Assembly: GCA_016201765.1 (NCBI GenBank)
Contig: JACQCE010000062.1
Span: forward strand, 11,419-75,418
Length of the DNA stretch: 64,000 nucleotides
Direction of reading: 5' to 3'
Source: Nitrospirota bacterium
GTDB taxonomy: Bacteria > Nitrospirota > Nitrospiria > JACQCE01
Part shown: one piece after another, positions 1 to 10,414 of the stretch
How positions within the stretch are numbered: the first letter of the stretch is position 1
How the letters are laid out: the number at the start of each line of letters is the position of its first letter
Translations under genes and position numbers: made by a program
Notes under the pieces: model-generated
Seen by the model: the letters and a program-made list of their open reading frames with translations, nothing else
What the model was told of the DNA's origin: nothing
Databases searched by the model: none

Positions 1-176
1 GCATTTTCTTCCGCCGTTTTTTGATCACTCGTGACATCGCAATGAGTCCCCCGTGCCGTTGCTTAAGAACGGGGGCCATTGTAGCGACTTTGCCCGGATT
101 TGGCAAGCCGGCTTCATTCGATGGGAGCCCCTCCCCGCTTCTTGACCCTTCATGACGCGGCTTCTATAATGCACCG

Positions 177-731
177 ATGGCACACCGGCCCTTCCCTCAA
201 CCCTGCCCGGGTGGTCGATTCCTTCGTCGGACAATCGTCCTGGTGGCGATGCTCTCCCTCGCCGGCGCCTCTCTCGCCTGCGCAGGCGCAAAAAAAACAT
301 TGTCGGATCAAATGCAGTGGACCGCGCGTATCGACCGCGCCATCATGGAACTGCAAACGCAACTGGCGAAATGCGACCGCCGCGGCATCGTCTCCCTGCT
401 CGCGCCGCCGCTGTCCGAGGATCAAACCTTTGCGCGCAACGTGGACGCCTTATGCGAGCGGGCCTCCGCCATCCGTCCCGAACTCACCGTCGAACGGTTG
501 TGGCTGAAAACCGCCGACACCGTTCGGGCCGATGTGCAGTGGACGTTGCGCGCGACTCTTGCCTCCACGGCCGGCACTCCCACGCCGACACCCGACCGGC
601 AGGGGGGGACCTCGACCATGGTCATGGGCACGGCCCATTTCACCCTTGTGGGCAAGGAATCGCCGCGGGTGACGGCCATTGACGGCGACAATCCCTTCGC
701 CCCTCAATTAGACCAATCCCTGCTCCCCTGA
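177..731 (+). CDS. Hypothetical lipoprotein
   Basis: Basic and hydrophobic N-terminus ending in a lipobox-like SLAC; directly upstream of nadB. Confidence 0.65.
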   Translation: MAHRPFPQPCPGGRFLRRTIVLVAMLSLAGASLACAGAKKTLSDQMQWTARIDRAIMELQTQLAKCDRRGIVSLLAPPLSEDQTFARNVDALCERASAIRPELTVERLWLKTADTVRADVQWTLRATLASTAGTPTPTPDRQGGTSTMVMGTAHFTLVGKESPRVTAIDGDNPFAPQLDQSLLP

Positions 732-738
732 TGCGCCC

Positions 739-2433
739 ATGACGCCCCGCAGACCGACAACGGAGCACACGCGCATCCAGCACCGACACATCGATTTTCT
801 GGTCATCGGCCGCGGCATCGCCGGTCTGCGGGCCGCCATCGAACTGGCCTCGCGGGGCACCGTGCTCGTGGTCAGCAAACGGCCGGCGGATGAGCCCTGG
901 CGCCGTTCTCCCCTCCCCCGCCTGATCGATCAGGGCAGCAGCGAGTATGCGCAAGGGGGAATCGCCGCGGCGCTGGGGGGCGACGACAGCGCGGCGCGAC
1001 ACTATCGCGACACGATTCTGGCCGGCCGTGGTCTCTGTTCCCCCAAGGCCGTTGATGTGTTGGTGACGGACGGCCTCCGGCGCGTGAAAGAACTCATCCG
1101 CTGGGGCGTCCCGTTCGCCAGAACCGGTCGCACGCTGCACTTCGCCCGCGAATCCGCCCACAGTCGGCGGCGGATCCTCCATGCCCGCGGAGACGCCACG
1201 GGGGAAGCCATCCTCCAGTCGCTCCTCCACCGGCTCCGCCAATGTCCGACGGTCCGCTTCTTCAATCACCATTTCACCATTGATCTCCTGGTGAACGACG
1301 GCCGGTGCTCGGGCGCGCTGGTACAGGACGAATCGGACGGCGCCCTGATCGCCATCTCGGCCAAGGCGGTCATCCTCGCCACCGGCGGCGCCGGCCAGCT
1401 CTACACGCGCACCACCAACCCGACCGTCTGCACCGGCGACGGCATGGCCATGGCCTACCGGGCCGGCGCCACACTGTGCGATCTGGAGTTTGTGCAGTTC
1501 CATCCGACGGCGCTCGCCATGGAAACGGCGCCGGCCTTTCTCATCACCGAAGCGATCCGGGGGGAGGGGGCCGTGCTGTTGAATGCGCCGGGCCGGCAGC
1601 GGGGCGGGCGGCGGTTCCTGTTCGATTACCATCGGGCCGGAGAACTCGCCCCCCGCGATCTGGTCGCGCGGGCGATCTGGCTGGAGATGGCGCGCAGCCG
1701 ACGGCCCTGCGTCTGGCTGGATGCCACCCATTTTGATCCTGACTACCTGCGCGGCCGCTTTCCCACCGTCTATGCCGCCTGCCTGCGCTACGGCGCGGAC
1801 ATGACCAAGGAGGCGATTCCGGTCAGTCCGGCCGCTCATTTTTTCATGGGGGGCGTCGTGACCGACACCAACGGAGCGTCGACCATCCCCGGGTTGTACG
1901 CCGCCGGCGAGGTCGCCTGCAGCGGCGTGCACGGCGCCAACCGCCTGGCCAGCAACTCGCTGCTGGAAGGGCTGGTCTTCGGCTGGCGCTCAGCGCGCTC
2001 GGCCCTGGCGCGGTGCGGCCGGCTCCAACCGGCGCGGCCATCGGTCCAACGGAGGCTGGCCGCCGCCGCGATCGACCGGGTGAACGCGTCGGGTTCCGTG
2101 CCGTCCCCCGAACGGCTGTCCGCCATGCGGCGGGAACTTCAGGCCCTGATGTGGCGGCAGGTGGGCGTGATCAGAACGGAAACCTCGCTGGAGCAGGCCA
2201 TGGCCGGGATCGACAGGCTTCAGGCACACGCAGCGGGCACACCACACGACCGGCCCGGCTTGGAACTGCGGAACTTGCTGGAACTCGGCGCATTGGTCGC
2301 CCGGTCCGCCTGGCAACGGCGCGGCAGCATCGGTTCTCACTATCGGTCGGACTATCCAACCAAGGGCCGCGGGTGGAGGCGCCACCACACCGTGCGGAGC
2401 CCCACCGGCTCAACCGGCGGGGCGGAGTCCTGA
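739..2433 (+). CDS. nadB: L-aspartate oxidase
   Basis: FAD motif IGxGIAG; SEYAQGGIAA; ESAHSRRRILH; QFHPT; GVHGANRLASNSLLE. Confidence 0.92.
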   Translation: MTPRRPTTEHTRIQHRHIDFLVIGRGIAGLRAAIELASRGTVLVVSKRPADEPWRRSPLPRLIDQGSSEYAQGGIAAALGGDDSAARHYRDTILAGRGLCSPKAVDVLVTDGLRRVKELIRWGVPFARTGRTLHFARESAHSRRRILHARGDATGEAILQSLLHRLRQCPTVRFFNHHFTIDLLVNDGRCSGALVQDESDGALIAISAKAVILATGGAGQLYTRTTNPTVCTGDGMAMAYRAGATLCDLEFVQFHPTALAMETAPAFLITEAIRGEGAVLLNAPGRQRGGRRFLFDYHRAGELAPRDLVARAIWLEMARSRRPCVWLDATHFDPDYLRGRFPTVYAACLRYGADMTKEAIPVSPAAHFFMGGVVTDTNGASTIPGLYAAGEVACSGVHGANRLASNSLLEGLVFGWRSARSALARCGRLQPARPSVQRRLAAAAIDRVNASGSVPSPERLSAMRRELQALMWRQVGVIRTETSLEQAMAGIDRLQAHAAGTPHDRPGLELRNLLELGALVARSAWQRRGSIGSHYRSDYPTKGRGWRRHHTVRSPTGSTGGAES

Positions 2434-2502
2434 GCGAGTCCACGGCCGTACGGCCGTGACGAGCCGAAGGGTCGCGCGAAACAAACTGGTTGGTACCTAG
2501 GG

Positions 2503-3225
2503 TTAGGGTGACGCAAGGATGGGACGCACCGGCGCATTCGTCAACAGAATGGCGCCGTCCGGAGTGATGACGCGCCGCACCGGACGCGAGACCGCGGCAG
2601 GCGACCGGCGCAGATAATCCCGATAATAGGTCAACACACGCTGCACATATTGGCGGGTTTCTTCGATCGCCGGAATACCGCCCGCGGCCTCAACCCGCAA
2701 CGCTCCGGCGTTGTAGGCGGCGACCGCCAGCGGAATGTTTCCGTCAAACCGGTCGAGCAGATCACGAAGATGGCGGACGCCGCCGAGAATATTGGCGGCC
2801 GGGTCGAATGGATCCTCCACCGCCAGCAGTTCCGCAGTCGCCGGCATCAGCTGCATGAGTCCCTGGGCGCCGGCCGGGGAAACGGCATAGGCGTCGAAAT
2901 CCGATTCCGCCTTGATGACGGCCTTGATCAAGCCGGCTTCAATCTCATACTGACGGGCCGCTTCCGCCACCAAACGGTTCAGGGTGCGCGGTGAAACGGT
3001 GGAGGAAGGAAACGCGCTCCTCAGCCGCGAGGAATCGGCGGGTCGCAATGGACGGAACCGGGGGTCGGTCGGCACGTTGGTAAAATGCACCACCCCCTGC
3101 GCGTCAACAAAATGGTAGACGTCGGAGGCGGCCACGGCCGGCGAGGACCACAACCAGCCCGCCCCTCCCAGCACGCCCCCCGCCACGCAGGCGAAGAGTC
3201 CACGCATCACCCGGCTGCGCTGCAT
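2503..3225 (-). CDS. Lytic transglycosylase (SLT) with N-terminal DUF4124-like domain
   Basis: AVIKAES, GAQGLMQLMP and AAYNAG motifs; signal peptide followed by YHFVDAQGVVHFTN. Confidence 0.9.
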   Translation of the reverse strand: MQRSRVMRGLFACVAGGVLGGAGWLWSSPAVAASDVYHFVDAQGVVHFTNVPTDPRFRPLRPADSSRLRSAFPSSTVSPRTLNRLVAEAARQYEIEAGLIKAVIKAESDFDAYAVSPAGAQGLMQLMPATAELLAVEDPFDPAANILGGVRHLRDLLDRFDGNIPLAVAAYNAGALRVEAAGGIPAIEETRQYVQRVLTYYRDYLRRSPAAVSRPVRRVITPDGAILLTNAPVRPILASP

Positions 3226-3282
3226 GGGCTGAGAATAGCAACGAAAACAGCGCTTGTCAAACGGGGAAAAGAGACTAAAAAA

Positions 3283-3369
3283 TGGTGGCTAGGTCGCTAG
3301 GTGGTTAGGTGGCAAGGAGAACAAAAACGGTTTTCCTAGCTACCCAGCTACCTCACTACCCAGCCACCT
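3283..3369. repeat. Octamer tandem-repeat hairpin, (AGGTGGCT-like)n ... (AGCCACCT-like)n
   Basis: Four degenerate octamers followed by complementary copies; homologues at 19032 and 31871. Confidence 0.8.
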
Positions 3370-3382
3370 TGTTACGCAGAAA

Positions 3383-3412
3383 TTGACAAGTCTGTTTGAA
3401 AACTTTTATACT
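3383..3412 (+). promoter_or_regulatory. Sigma70-type promoter for hsp20-clpB
   Basis: TTGACA-N18-TATACT. Confidence 0.6.
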
Positions 3413-3487
3413 TTTTTCAAAAGGATATCAACTCGAACACCCACCGGCACACCCCGGGGCTCACCGGGGTCAGCAAGGGGATGAGGC

Positions 3488-3934
3488 ATGGGACGCGGAC
3501 CGTCAGACCCGTTTCGGGATCTCTTGTCGCTGCAAGAGCGCATGAATCAGTTGTTCGAGGAGAGCGCCCGGCGGAGCGGACTGCGACCGCACGTTGATGA
3601 ATGGGCCCCGCTGGTCGACATTCTGGACACCGATGACGCCATTATTTTGACCGCGGAAGTCCCGGGACTGGAGATCGGCGACATTACCCTTGAAGTGACC
3701 AATCACTATCTGACACTCCGCGGCGAACGTCTCTTCCCGCACAGCGACGGCAACGTCCACTACCACCAGCTGGAACGCGCATACGGAAAATTTGAACGGC
3801 TGTTCCATCTGCCCGAGGAAGTCGATCAGGGCCGGATCAACGCGACGCTGCGCGACGGCGTGCTGGAAATCGCGCTGCCCAAGCAACCGTCCCAACGCGC
3901 CTACACGATCCCCGTGCAGTCGCCGGAACCGTAG
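3488..3934 (+). CDS. Hsp20/alpha-crystallin small heat shock protein
   Basis: WAPLVDI, ERAYGKFER, DGVLEIALPK; upstream of clpB. Confidence 0.92.
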   Translation: MGRGPSDPFRDLLSLQERMNQLFEESARRSGLRPHVDEWAPLVDILDTDDAIILTAEVPGLEIGDITLEVTNHYLTLRGERLFPHSDGNVHYHQLERAYGKFERLFHLPEEVDQGRINATLRDGVLEIALPKQPSQRAYTIPVQSPEP

Positions 3935-3961
3935 CCGCATCGCCGCAATCCAACCGGCACC

Positions 3962-6610
3962 ATGCGCCCCGACCAGCTCACCGTCAAAGCCCAGGAAGCA
4001 CTGCAGAGCGCCCAACAGACCGCCGAGCGCCGGGGGCATCAACAACTTGACGTCGAGCATCTTCTTCTGGCGCTCGTCCAGCAGCGTGACGGCCTGATCC
4101 CTCCCCTGCTCAAGAAGTTGGGCGTTGTTCCGGAATCGCTCGCCGCCCAATTGGAACAGTCACTTGAGCGCGTTCCCGGTGTCTCCGGCGCAGCCGCACC
4201 ATTGTCGGCGGCCCCCCGGTTGACGACCCTCTTCAGCCAGGCGGAGCGCGAAGCGGATCAGCTCAAGGATGACTACATCAGCACCGAACACCTGCTGCTG
4301 GCGGCGATGGAGAGCGGCGGAGCGGCGGACGCGCTGTTGAAGGAACAGGGCGTGACGAGGGACCGGCTGCTCAAAACACTGGCGGAGCTGCGCGGCTCGC
4401 AACGGGTGACCGATCAGAATCCGGAAGACAAGTACCAGGCGCTGGAACGGTACGGCCGGGACCTGACGGCGCTCGCCCGCCGGGGCAAACTCGATCCGGT
4501 CATTGGACGCGATGAAGAAATCCGCCGGGTCATTCAAGTCCTCTCCCGCCGGACGAAGAACAATCCGGTTCTCATCGGCGAGCCCGGCGTGGGGAAAACC
4601 GCCATCGCGGAGGGGCTGGCACAACGGGTGGTGGCCGGCGACGTGCCGGAAGGGCTCAAAGACCGGCGCGTGGTCGCGCTCGACATGGGCGCGCTGCTGG
4701 CCGGCGCCAAGTTCCGCGGCGAATTCGAAGAACGGTTCAAGGCCGTCATCAAGGAGGTCGTCGATTCGCAGGGGCAGGTGATCCTTTTCATCGACGAACT
4801 CCACACGCTGATCGGCGCGGGGGCCGCCGAAGGCGCCATCGACGCCTCCAACATGATCAAACCGGCCCTGGCGCGCGGCGAACTCCGCTGCGTGGGCGCC
4901 ACGACGCTGAACGAATACCGGCTGCACATCGAAAAGGACGCCGCCCTCGAACGGCGCTTCCAGCCCGTGCTGGTGAAGGAGCCCGACGTCGAGGAGACGA
5001 TCTCGATCCTCCGCGGGCTGAAGGAGCGGTATGAAGTCCACCACGGCGTGCGCATTCACGACGCCGCGCTGATCGCGGCCGCCACGCTGTCCCATCGCTA
5101 CATCTCCGACCGGTTCCTGCCCGACAAGGCCATCGATCTCATTGATGAAGCCGCCGCCAAGCTCCGGATGGAAATCGACAGCATGCCGTCGGAGTTGGAC
5201 GAAATCGAACGGCGCATCCGTCAATTGGAAATCGAGCGGCAGGCGATGACCAAGGAAACCGCGGCCTACGCCAAGGAACGGCTCGCCAAACTGGCCCAGG
5301 AACTGGGCGATCTGCAGGAGCGCTCCACACGGCTGAAGCTGCAATGGCAGCGGGAAAAAGAGGCCATCCAGGCCATTCGTGAACTGAAAAGCCGGATCGA
5401 ACAGACCAAAACCGCGGCGGAGCGGGCCGAGCGGGAGGCGGATCTGGCCAAGGCCGCCGAATTGCGCTACGGCCGCCTGACGGAGCTGGCCAAGGAATTG
5501 GAGATGAAAAATCGCCACCTGCAGGAGTTGCAAAAGGACCAGCGCCTGTTGAAGGAGGAGGTGGACGCCGAGGATATCGCGAAGATCGTCTCCAAATGGA
5601 CGGGCGTGCAGGTCTCGCGGTTGCTGGAAGGCGATCTGCAGAAGCTCATTCACATGGAAGAGCGGTTAAAAGCCCGGGTCGTGGGACAGGACGAGGCCGT
5701 CTCGGCGGTCTCCACCGCGGTCCGCAGGGCCCGGGCCGGGCTGCAGGATCCAAACCGGCCGCTGGGCTCATTCCTCTTTCTCGGCCCGACCGGCGTGGGC
5801 AAGACCGAACTGGCCCGCGCGCTGGCCGAATTTCTCTTCGATCATGAGCAGGCGATGATCCGGATTGACATGTCCGAATACATGGAGAAGCACGCGGTGG
5901 CGCGGCTCATCGGCTCCCCGCCGGGCTACGTGGGATTCGAAGAAGGGGGCCAGCTCACCGAAGCCGTGCGCCGCAAGCCCTACTCGGTGATTCTGTTCGA
6001 TGAGATCGAAAAAGCCCACCCGGACGTCTTTAATCTACTGCTGCAAGTCCTGGATGACGGCCGGCTGACCGACAGCCACGGCCGGACGGTCAACTTCAAG
6101 AACACCGTCATCATCATGACGTCGAACATCGCCAGCCAGGACATCCAGGAGCTGTCGGGCCGCGACGAGGCCGCGCTGCGCGCCAAGGTCATGGCGGCGC
6201 TGCGGGTCAACTTCCGCCCGGAGTTTCTCAACCGGATCGATGACATGATCATCTTCCACACGCTGGCGCCCGAGCAACTCCGCGCCATTGTCGAGATCCA
6301 GCTCCAGCGCGTCCGCAAGCAACTGGAGGAGAAACAGATCCGCCTGCAGTTGACCGACGCCGCCAAGGACGTGCTGGCGCGCGAAGGGTACGATCCGGTC
6401 TTCGGCGCCAGACCGCTCAAACGGGTCATTCAACGCGACCTGCTCAATCCCCTCTCCATCCGCCTGCTGGACGGCACGGTCAAGGAGGGCGACACCGTCT
6501 CGATAGACGTGAAGAACGGGGCGCTGCAGTTCATCTCCGGCGCCTCGCCCGCGTCACCGTCCCGCACATCGCCGCGAACCGCGCGCACATCGGCCCAGAC
6601 ATCGGATTGA
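3962..6610 (+). CDS. clpB: ATP-dependent disaggregase ClpB
   Basis: Two AAA+ modules ([16 protein letters not shown]), coiled-coil M domain (AAELRYG), Clp N domain. Confidence 0.97.
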   Translation: MRPDQLTVKAQEALQSAQQTAERRGHQQLDVEHLLLALVQQRDGLIPPLLKKLGVVPESLAAQLEQSLERVPGVSGAAAPLSAAPRLTTLFSQAEREADQLKDDYISTEHLLLAAMESGGAADALLKEQGVTRDRLLKTLAELRGSQRVTDQNPEDKYQALERYGRDLTALARRGKLDPVIGRDEEIRRVIQVLSRRTKNNPVLIGEPGVGKTAIAEGLAQRVVAGDVPEGLKDRRVVALDMGALLAGAKFRGEFEERFKAVIKEVVDSQGQVILFIDELHTLIGAGAAEGAIDASNMIKPALARGELRCVGATTLNEYRLHIEKDAALERRFQPVLVKEPDVEETISILRGLKERYEVHHGVRIHDAALIAAATLSHRYISDRFLPDKAIDLIDEAAAKLRMEIDSMPSELDEIERRIRQLEIERQAMTKETAAYAKERLAKLAQELGDLQERSTRLKLQWQREKEAIQAIRELKSRIEQTKTAAERAEREADLAKAAELRYGRLTELAKELEMKNRHLQELQKDQRLLKEEVDAEDIAKIVSKWTGVQVSRLLEGDLQKLIHMEERLKARVVGQDEAVSAVSTAVRRARAGLQDPNRPLGSFLFLGPTGVGKTELARALAEFLFDHEQAMIRIDMSEYMEKHAVARLIGSPPGYVGFEEGGQLTEAVRRKPYSVILFDEIEKAHPDVFNLLLQVLDDGRLTDSHGRTVNFKNTVIIMTSNIASQDIQELSGRDEAALRAKVMAALRVNFRPEFLNRIDDMIIFHTLAPEQLRAIVEIQLQRVRKQLEEKQIRLQLTDAAKDVLAREGYDPVFGARPLKRVIQRDLLNPLSIRLLDGTVKEGDTVSIDVKNGALQFISGASPASPSRTSPRTARTSAQTSD

Positions 6611-6760
6611 CACGCACGCCGCGCCTGTGCTAATCACTGAACAGGCGCGAGCCGTTTTGCAGATTTCATCCGTCATTCGATCGCAGGAACGCGACTTCTC
6701 GCACCGGCAAGACACGACACATCACAACCGTCACGCACCAATTCCCATCGCCACGACGCC

Positions 6761-7399
6761 ATGGCCACACTTCATATTATCCTGATCAGTGATGATCATG
6801 CGTTGATCCAGGGCGTGCGCGACCGTTTTGGTCATGCGGCCAAGGTCACCGTCCTGCACCGGTTGAAGCACCGCCTGCCCAAAACGACACCGCAGGAAGG
6901 ATCCGTTCTGTTTCTGATCGAAACATTGCACGCATCCGCACCCAGGCTGGCGAAATTGCTCCGCGCGGCTCACGGCGGGACCCCACCCTACATCGTCATC
7001 GGGACGGCCGCTCAATTGATCCGGGCCTGTGACCGGTTGCGATCGCTGCCGGCTGACGGCGGCCAGGAGGCCCTGGGGATGCCCATCGGCGCGTTAAATG
7101 GCGCACATGGGAATGGATCAGGCGGAAACGCCGCGGAGAAATTCTTTCACTCAAACGAGTTAGATTTGTCGCTTGGCGATTTTATGGAACGGAAATTTCA
7201 TGAATTTGTCAGAAAAATCAAACTCAGCGGCGGCAAAAATCTCTTTCAACTGCTGCGCCACGAATTTGAAAAACCCCTGATCACGCTCACGTTGAAGGAA
7301 ACCAAACATAATCAGGTGCAAGCCGCTGAATTACTGGGCATGAACCGCAACACACTCAGAAAAAAAATCAAAGAACTGAAAATTCCGGTCAAACGATAA
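6761..7399 (+). CDS. Fis-type HTH protein with an uncharacterised N-terminal domain
   Basis: C-terminal NQVQAAELLGMNRNTLRKKIKEL. Confidence 0.8.
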   Translation: MATLHIILISDDHALIQGVRDRFGHAAKVTVLHRLKHRLPKTTPQEGSVLFLIETLHASAPRLAKLLRAAHGGTPPYIVIGTAAQLIRACDRLRSLPADGGQEALGMPIGALNGAHGNGSGGNAAEKFFHSNELDLSLGDFMERKFHEFVRKIKLSGGKNLFQLLRHEFEKPLITLTLKETKHNQVQAAELLGMNRNTLRKKIKELKIPVKR

Positions 7400-7409
7400 C
7401 TCTTTTCTC

Positions 7410-7438
7410 TTGACTTCACCCAAACCGGCTGCTATCCT
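7410..7438 (+). promoter_or_regulatory. Sigma70-type promoter for HU
   Basis: TTGACT-N17-TATCCT with extended -10 TG. Confidence 0.5.
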
Positions 7439-7524
7439 ACGGCGGTCTTTCCGGCAATTACCGACGATGTAAACTCCGGTATTCATACAACGCCACACGA
7501 TTTTTATTGTCAAAGGATGCCCCC

Positions 7525-7797
7525 ATGACAAAAGCCGAATTAGTCAAACGCATTGCTTCTTCCGCCTCCATTCCCGATGTCACCGCCGCCAAGGCGCTCA
7601 CCGCCACGCTCGAAGGCATCACCGGGGCGCTCAAGCGCGGACAAAAAGTGGCACTGGTCGGTTTTGGCACGTTTTCCGTGGCCAAACGGCAGGCTAGGAA
7701 CGGGCGCAACCCCAGAACAGGCCAATCGATCAACATTCCGGCCGCCCGCGTCCCCCGTTTCAGCCCTGGCAAAGACCTCAAAAGCGCCATCCGGTAG
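7525..7797 (+). CDS. hup: DNA-binding protein HU
   Basis: MTKAEL, VGFGTF, ARNGRNPRTG; start moved to ATG 7525. Confidence 0.95.
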   Translation: MTKAELVKRIASSASIPDVTAAKALTATLEGITGALKRGQKVALVGFGTFSVAKRQARNGRNPRTGQSINIPAARVPRFSPGKDLKSAIR

Positions 7798-8023
7798 CTT
7801 TTTTCTCTTCCGGTCGGGCCTGCAGCAGCCCGCCTCCAGCCCCGTCGTAAGCCGTGCCTTGCTTGACAAGCGGAAGAACTTTCGGCTAGGATTTCGGCGA
7901 CATCCAACAGGTTGAAATGCTTCATTGTTGGATGCGCATGGCCGCTCAAAAAGCTCCAGCATCTGCCGATAGACAGCAGCGCGGCAGCCTGGGTTCTTTG
8001 AGCAGATCGGGCAGCGTCAATGC

Positions 8024-8149
8024 ACAATCTGCTCAAAAAGCCCCGGATGCGAGGCCGCAGGGAGCGAAGCAACCGGAGTGTACTGTGTCGTACATGAGGA
8101 TTGCTGAGCGACCGAGCACGACGCAGGCGGGGATTTTTCAGCAGATTGT
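8024..8149. repeat. 126-bp palindromic MITE-like element
   Basis: 21-bp terminal inverted repeat with 2 mismatches (ACAATCTGCTCAAAAAGCCCC / GGGGATTTTTCAGCAGATTGT). Confidence 0.7.
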
Positions 8150-8150
8150 C

Positions 8151-8225
8151 AGGCGCGTAGCTCAGGGGTAGAGCGCTACCTTGACACGGTAGAGGTCGGC
8201 GGTTCGAGACCGCCCGTGCCTACCA
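8151..8225 (+). tRNA. tRNA-Val (GAC)
   Basis: Acceptor stem AGGCGCG/CGTGCCT, anticodon loop TTGACAC, T-arm GGTTCGA, encoded CCA. Confidence 0.96.
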
Positions 8226-8396
8226 GGTTTCGTTTACGGCACTGCCCGCAGTACCAGGGCATCACATGGAGGAAGAGTCAGCGCACAGACCGTTCAGGCG
8301 CTTCGAAGGCGCGCTTGAGGCATTCAGCCGGCAGCCCGACAACGCCCCCGTCTCACGCAGCCTCTCAGTACTCGACTCATCGTGCGATCGTCCATC

Positions 8397-10385
8397 ATGT
8401 CATCAACCCGCCAGGGCTCATCAGATCACGCCCAGGATCAAATCAGCATCACGCTCAACGACCACGGGGCGACCCAGACGCTGACCTGCCCCCGGGGGAT
8501 CACGGGCACCGACCTCCTCTCCCGCGCCGCCGGAAAAACCGGGACGCCATCCGCCCCATTTGCCCCCTTTGCCATGAAAGTCAACGGCGAGTTGAAGGAT
8601 CTGCCCACACCATTGATACAGAACGCCACGGTGGAATGGCTGACGTTCGACTCCCCGGAGGGCAAGGAAGTCTACCGTCACAGTTCGGCCCATCTGCTGG
8701 CCCAGGCCGTCAAACGCCTGTTTCCCGGGGCCAAGCTGGCCATCGGCCCGCCGATCGAAGAGGGCTTCTACTACGACATCGACTACGAGCGCCCCTTCAC
8801 GCCGGACGATCTCGCCAAACTGGAGGCGGCCATCAATGATGTGATTCAGGCCGACCTGCCCATCACGCGGCACGAACTGCCCAGCGCCAAAGCGGTGGAA
8901 TTCTTCACCCAACGGCAGGAACCCTACAAGGTGGAGTTGATCCGGGATTTTCAGGTGCCGACGGTCAGCTACTATGAGCAGGGTGATTTTATCGACCTGT
9001 GCGAAGGCCCTCACCTGCCCAGCACCGGCCGGATGGGCGCCATCAAACTCCTCTCGGTGGCCGGCGCCTACTGGCGGGGCGACGAAAAGAAGCCGATGCT
9101 GCAGCGGATCTACGGCACCTCCTTCCCCACGGCGGACGCGCTGCAGGCGCATCTGACCAGGCTTGAGCAGCTCAAACAGCGCGATCACCGCAAGCTGGGG
9201 CGCGAACTGGACCTGTTCAGCATCCAGGAGACGATCGGGCCGGGGCTGATCCTCTGGCACCCGAAGGGCGCGGCAATCCGGCAGCAAATAGAAGCCTTCT
9301 GGAAGCGGCTGCACGAGGAGCACGGCTATCAATTCGTCTACACCCCGCACGTCGCCCGACTCGATTTGTGGAAGACGAGCGGCCACGTGGACTTTTACCG
9401 CGAGAACATGTTCCCGCCGATGGAGATCGAAGGGGCCGATTACGAATTGAAGCCGATGAACTGCCCGTTCCATCTGCTGATCTATCAGTCCCATCTGCGC
9501 AGCTACCGGGACCTGCCGATCCGTTTTGCCGAGCTGGGCACGGTCTATCGGTTCGAACGGTCCGGCGTGCTGCACGGCCTGCTGCGGGTGCGCGGCTTCA
9601 CCCAGGATGACGCGCACATCTTCTGCCGGCCCGACCAGGTGGAGGAGGAGATCAGCCGCGTGCTCGAATTGACGACCACGCTGCTCGGCGCGTTTGGTTT
9701 CCACGACTACGACATTTATCTCTCGACCAGGCCGGAGCACTACGTCGGGACGCTGGAGCACTGGGAAGCGGCCACCTCCGCCCTCTCGACCGCGTTGACC
9801 CGGCGGAGACTGGCCTATCAGATCGACCCCGGCGAAGGCGTCTTCTACGGCCCCAAAATCGACATCAAGGTCAAGGACCTGTTCGGCCGGGCGTGGCAAT
9901 GCGCCACGGTGCAGGTTGATTTCAATCTCCCCGAGCGGTTCACGCTGGCCTACCGGGGCGAGGACAGCCGGGAACACGCGCCGATCATGATCCACCGCGC
10001 GCTCATGGGCTCGCTGGAGCGCTTTTTCGGCATTCTGATCGAGCACTACGGCGGCGCCTTCCCCACCTGGCTGGCCCCCGTGCAGGCCATGGTCATCCCC
10101 ATCAGCGAAGCGCAGGCCGCCTACGCCGAGTCGATCGCCGAGCGACTCCGGGCCCGGCAGATCCGGGTTGAGATAGACCGGCGGAATGAGAAAATGGGGT
10201 TGAAGATTCGCGAGGCGCAACTGCAAAAAATTCCCTATATGATTGTGGTCGGCGGCCGGGAGCAGGAACAACAGACCGTCTCGCTCCGTTTACGCAGCGG
10301 CGAACAGATCGCCGCCTTGTCCGTCGATGCGTTGCTCGACCGCCTCTCACGCGAGATCGCGGAACGCGGACCGTCGACCGCCTGA
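8397..10385 (+). CDS. thrS: Threonine--tRNA ligase
   Basis: RHSSAHLLAQA, DLCEGPH, KPMNCP, RVRGFTQDDAH, IHRALMGS. Confidence 0.97.
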   Translation: MSSTRQGSSDHAQDQISITLNDHGATQTLTCPRGITGTDLLSRAAGKTGTPSAPFAPFAMKVNGELKDLPTPLIQNATVEWLTFDSPEGKEVYRHSSAHLLAQAVKRLFPGAKLAIGPPIEEGFYYDIDYERPFTPDDLAKLEAAINDVIQADLPITRHELPSAKAVEFFTQRQEPYKVELIRDFQVPTVSYYEQGDFIDLCEGPHLPSTGRMGAIKLLSVAGAYWRGDEKKPMLQRIYGTSFPTADALQAHLTRLEQLKQRDHRKLGRELDLFSIQETIGPGLILWHPKGAAIRQQIEAFWKRLHEEHGYQFVYTPHVARLDLWKTSGHVDFYRENMFPPMEIEGADYELKPMNCPFHLLIYQSHLRSYRDLPIRFAELGTVYRFERSGVLHGLLRVRGFTQDDAHIFCRPDQVEEEISRVLELTTTLLGAFGFHDYDIYLSTRPEHYVGTLEHWEAATSALSTALTRRRLAYQIDPGEGVFYGPKIDIKVKDLFGRAWQCATVQVDFNLPERFTLAYRGEDSREHAPIMIHRALMGSLERFFGILIEHYGGAFPTWLAPVQAMVIPISEAQAAYAESIAERLRARQIRVEIDRRNEKMGLKIREAQLQKIPYMIVVGGREQEQQTVSLRLRSGEQIAALSVDALLDRLSREIAERGPSTA

Positions 10386-10414
10386 CCCCATCCCTCACAC
10401 GAAAGGAGCCGCGT

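Noticed and set aside
3283..3369. CRISPR array in the short-repeat regions (also 11287, 19032, 31871, 38127, 62521)
   Set aside because: Units are 7-8 bp, tandem, without unique spacers; no cas genes
8226..8396. T-box or thrS leader RNA, and the 72-aa ORF 8266..8484
   Set aside because: No T-box consensus or terminator recognised; the ORF overlaps thrS out of frame and has no motif
640..10271. Long antisense ORFs 640..1932, 4160..5653 and 8421..10271
   Set aside because: Shadow frames opposite nadB, clpB and thrS caused by high-GC codon bias; no motifs
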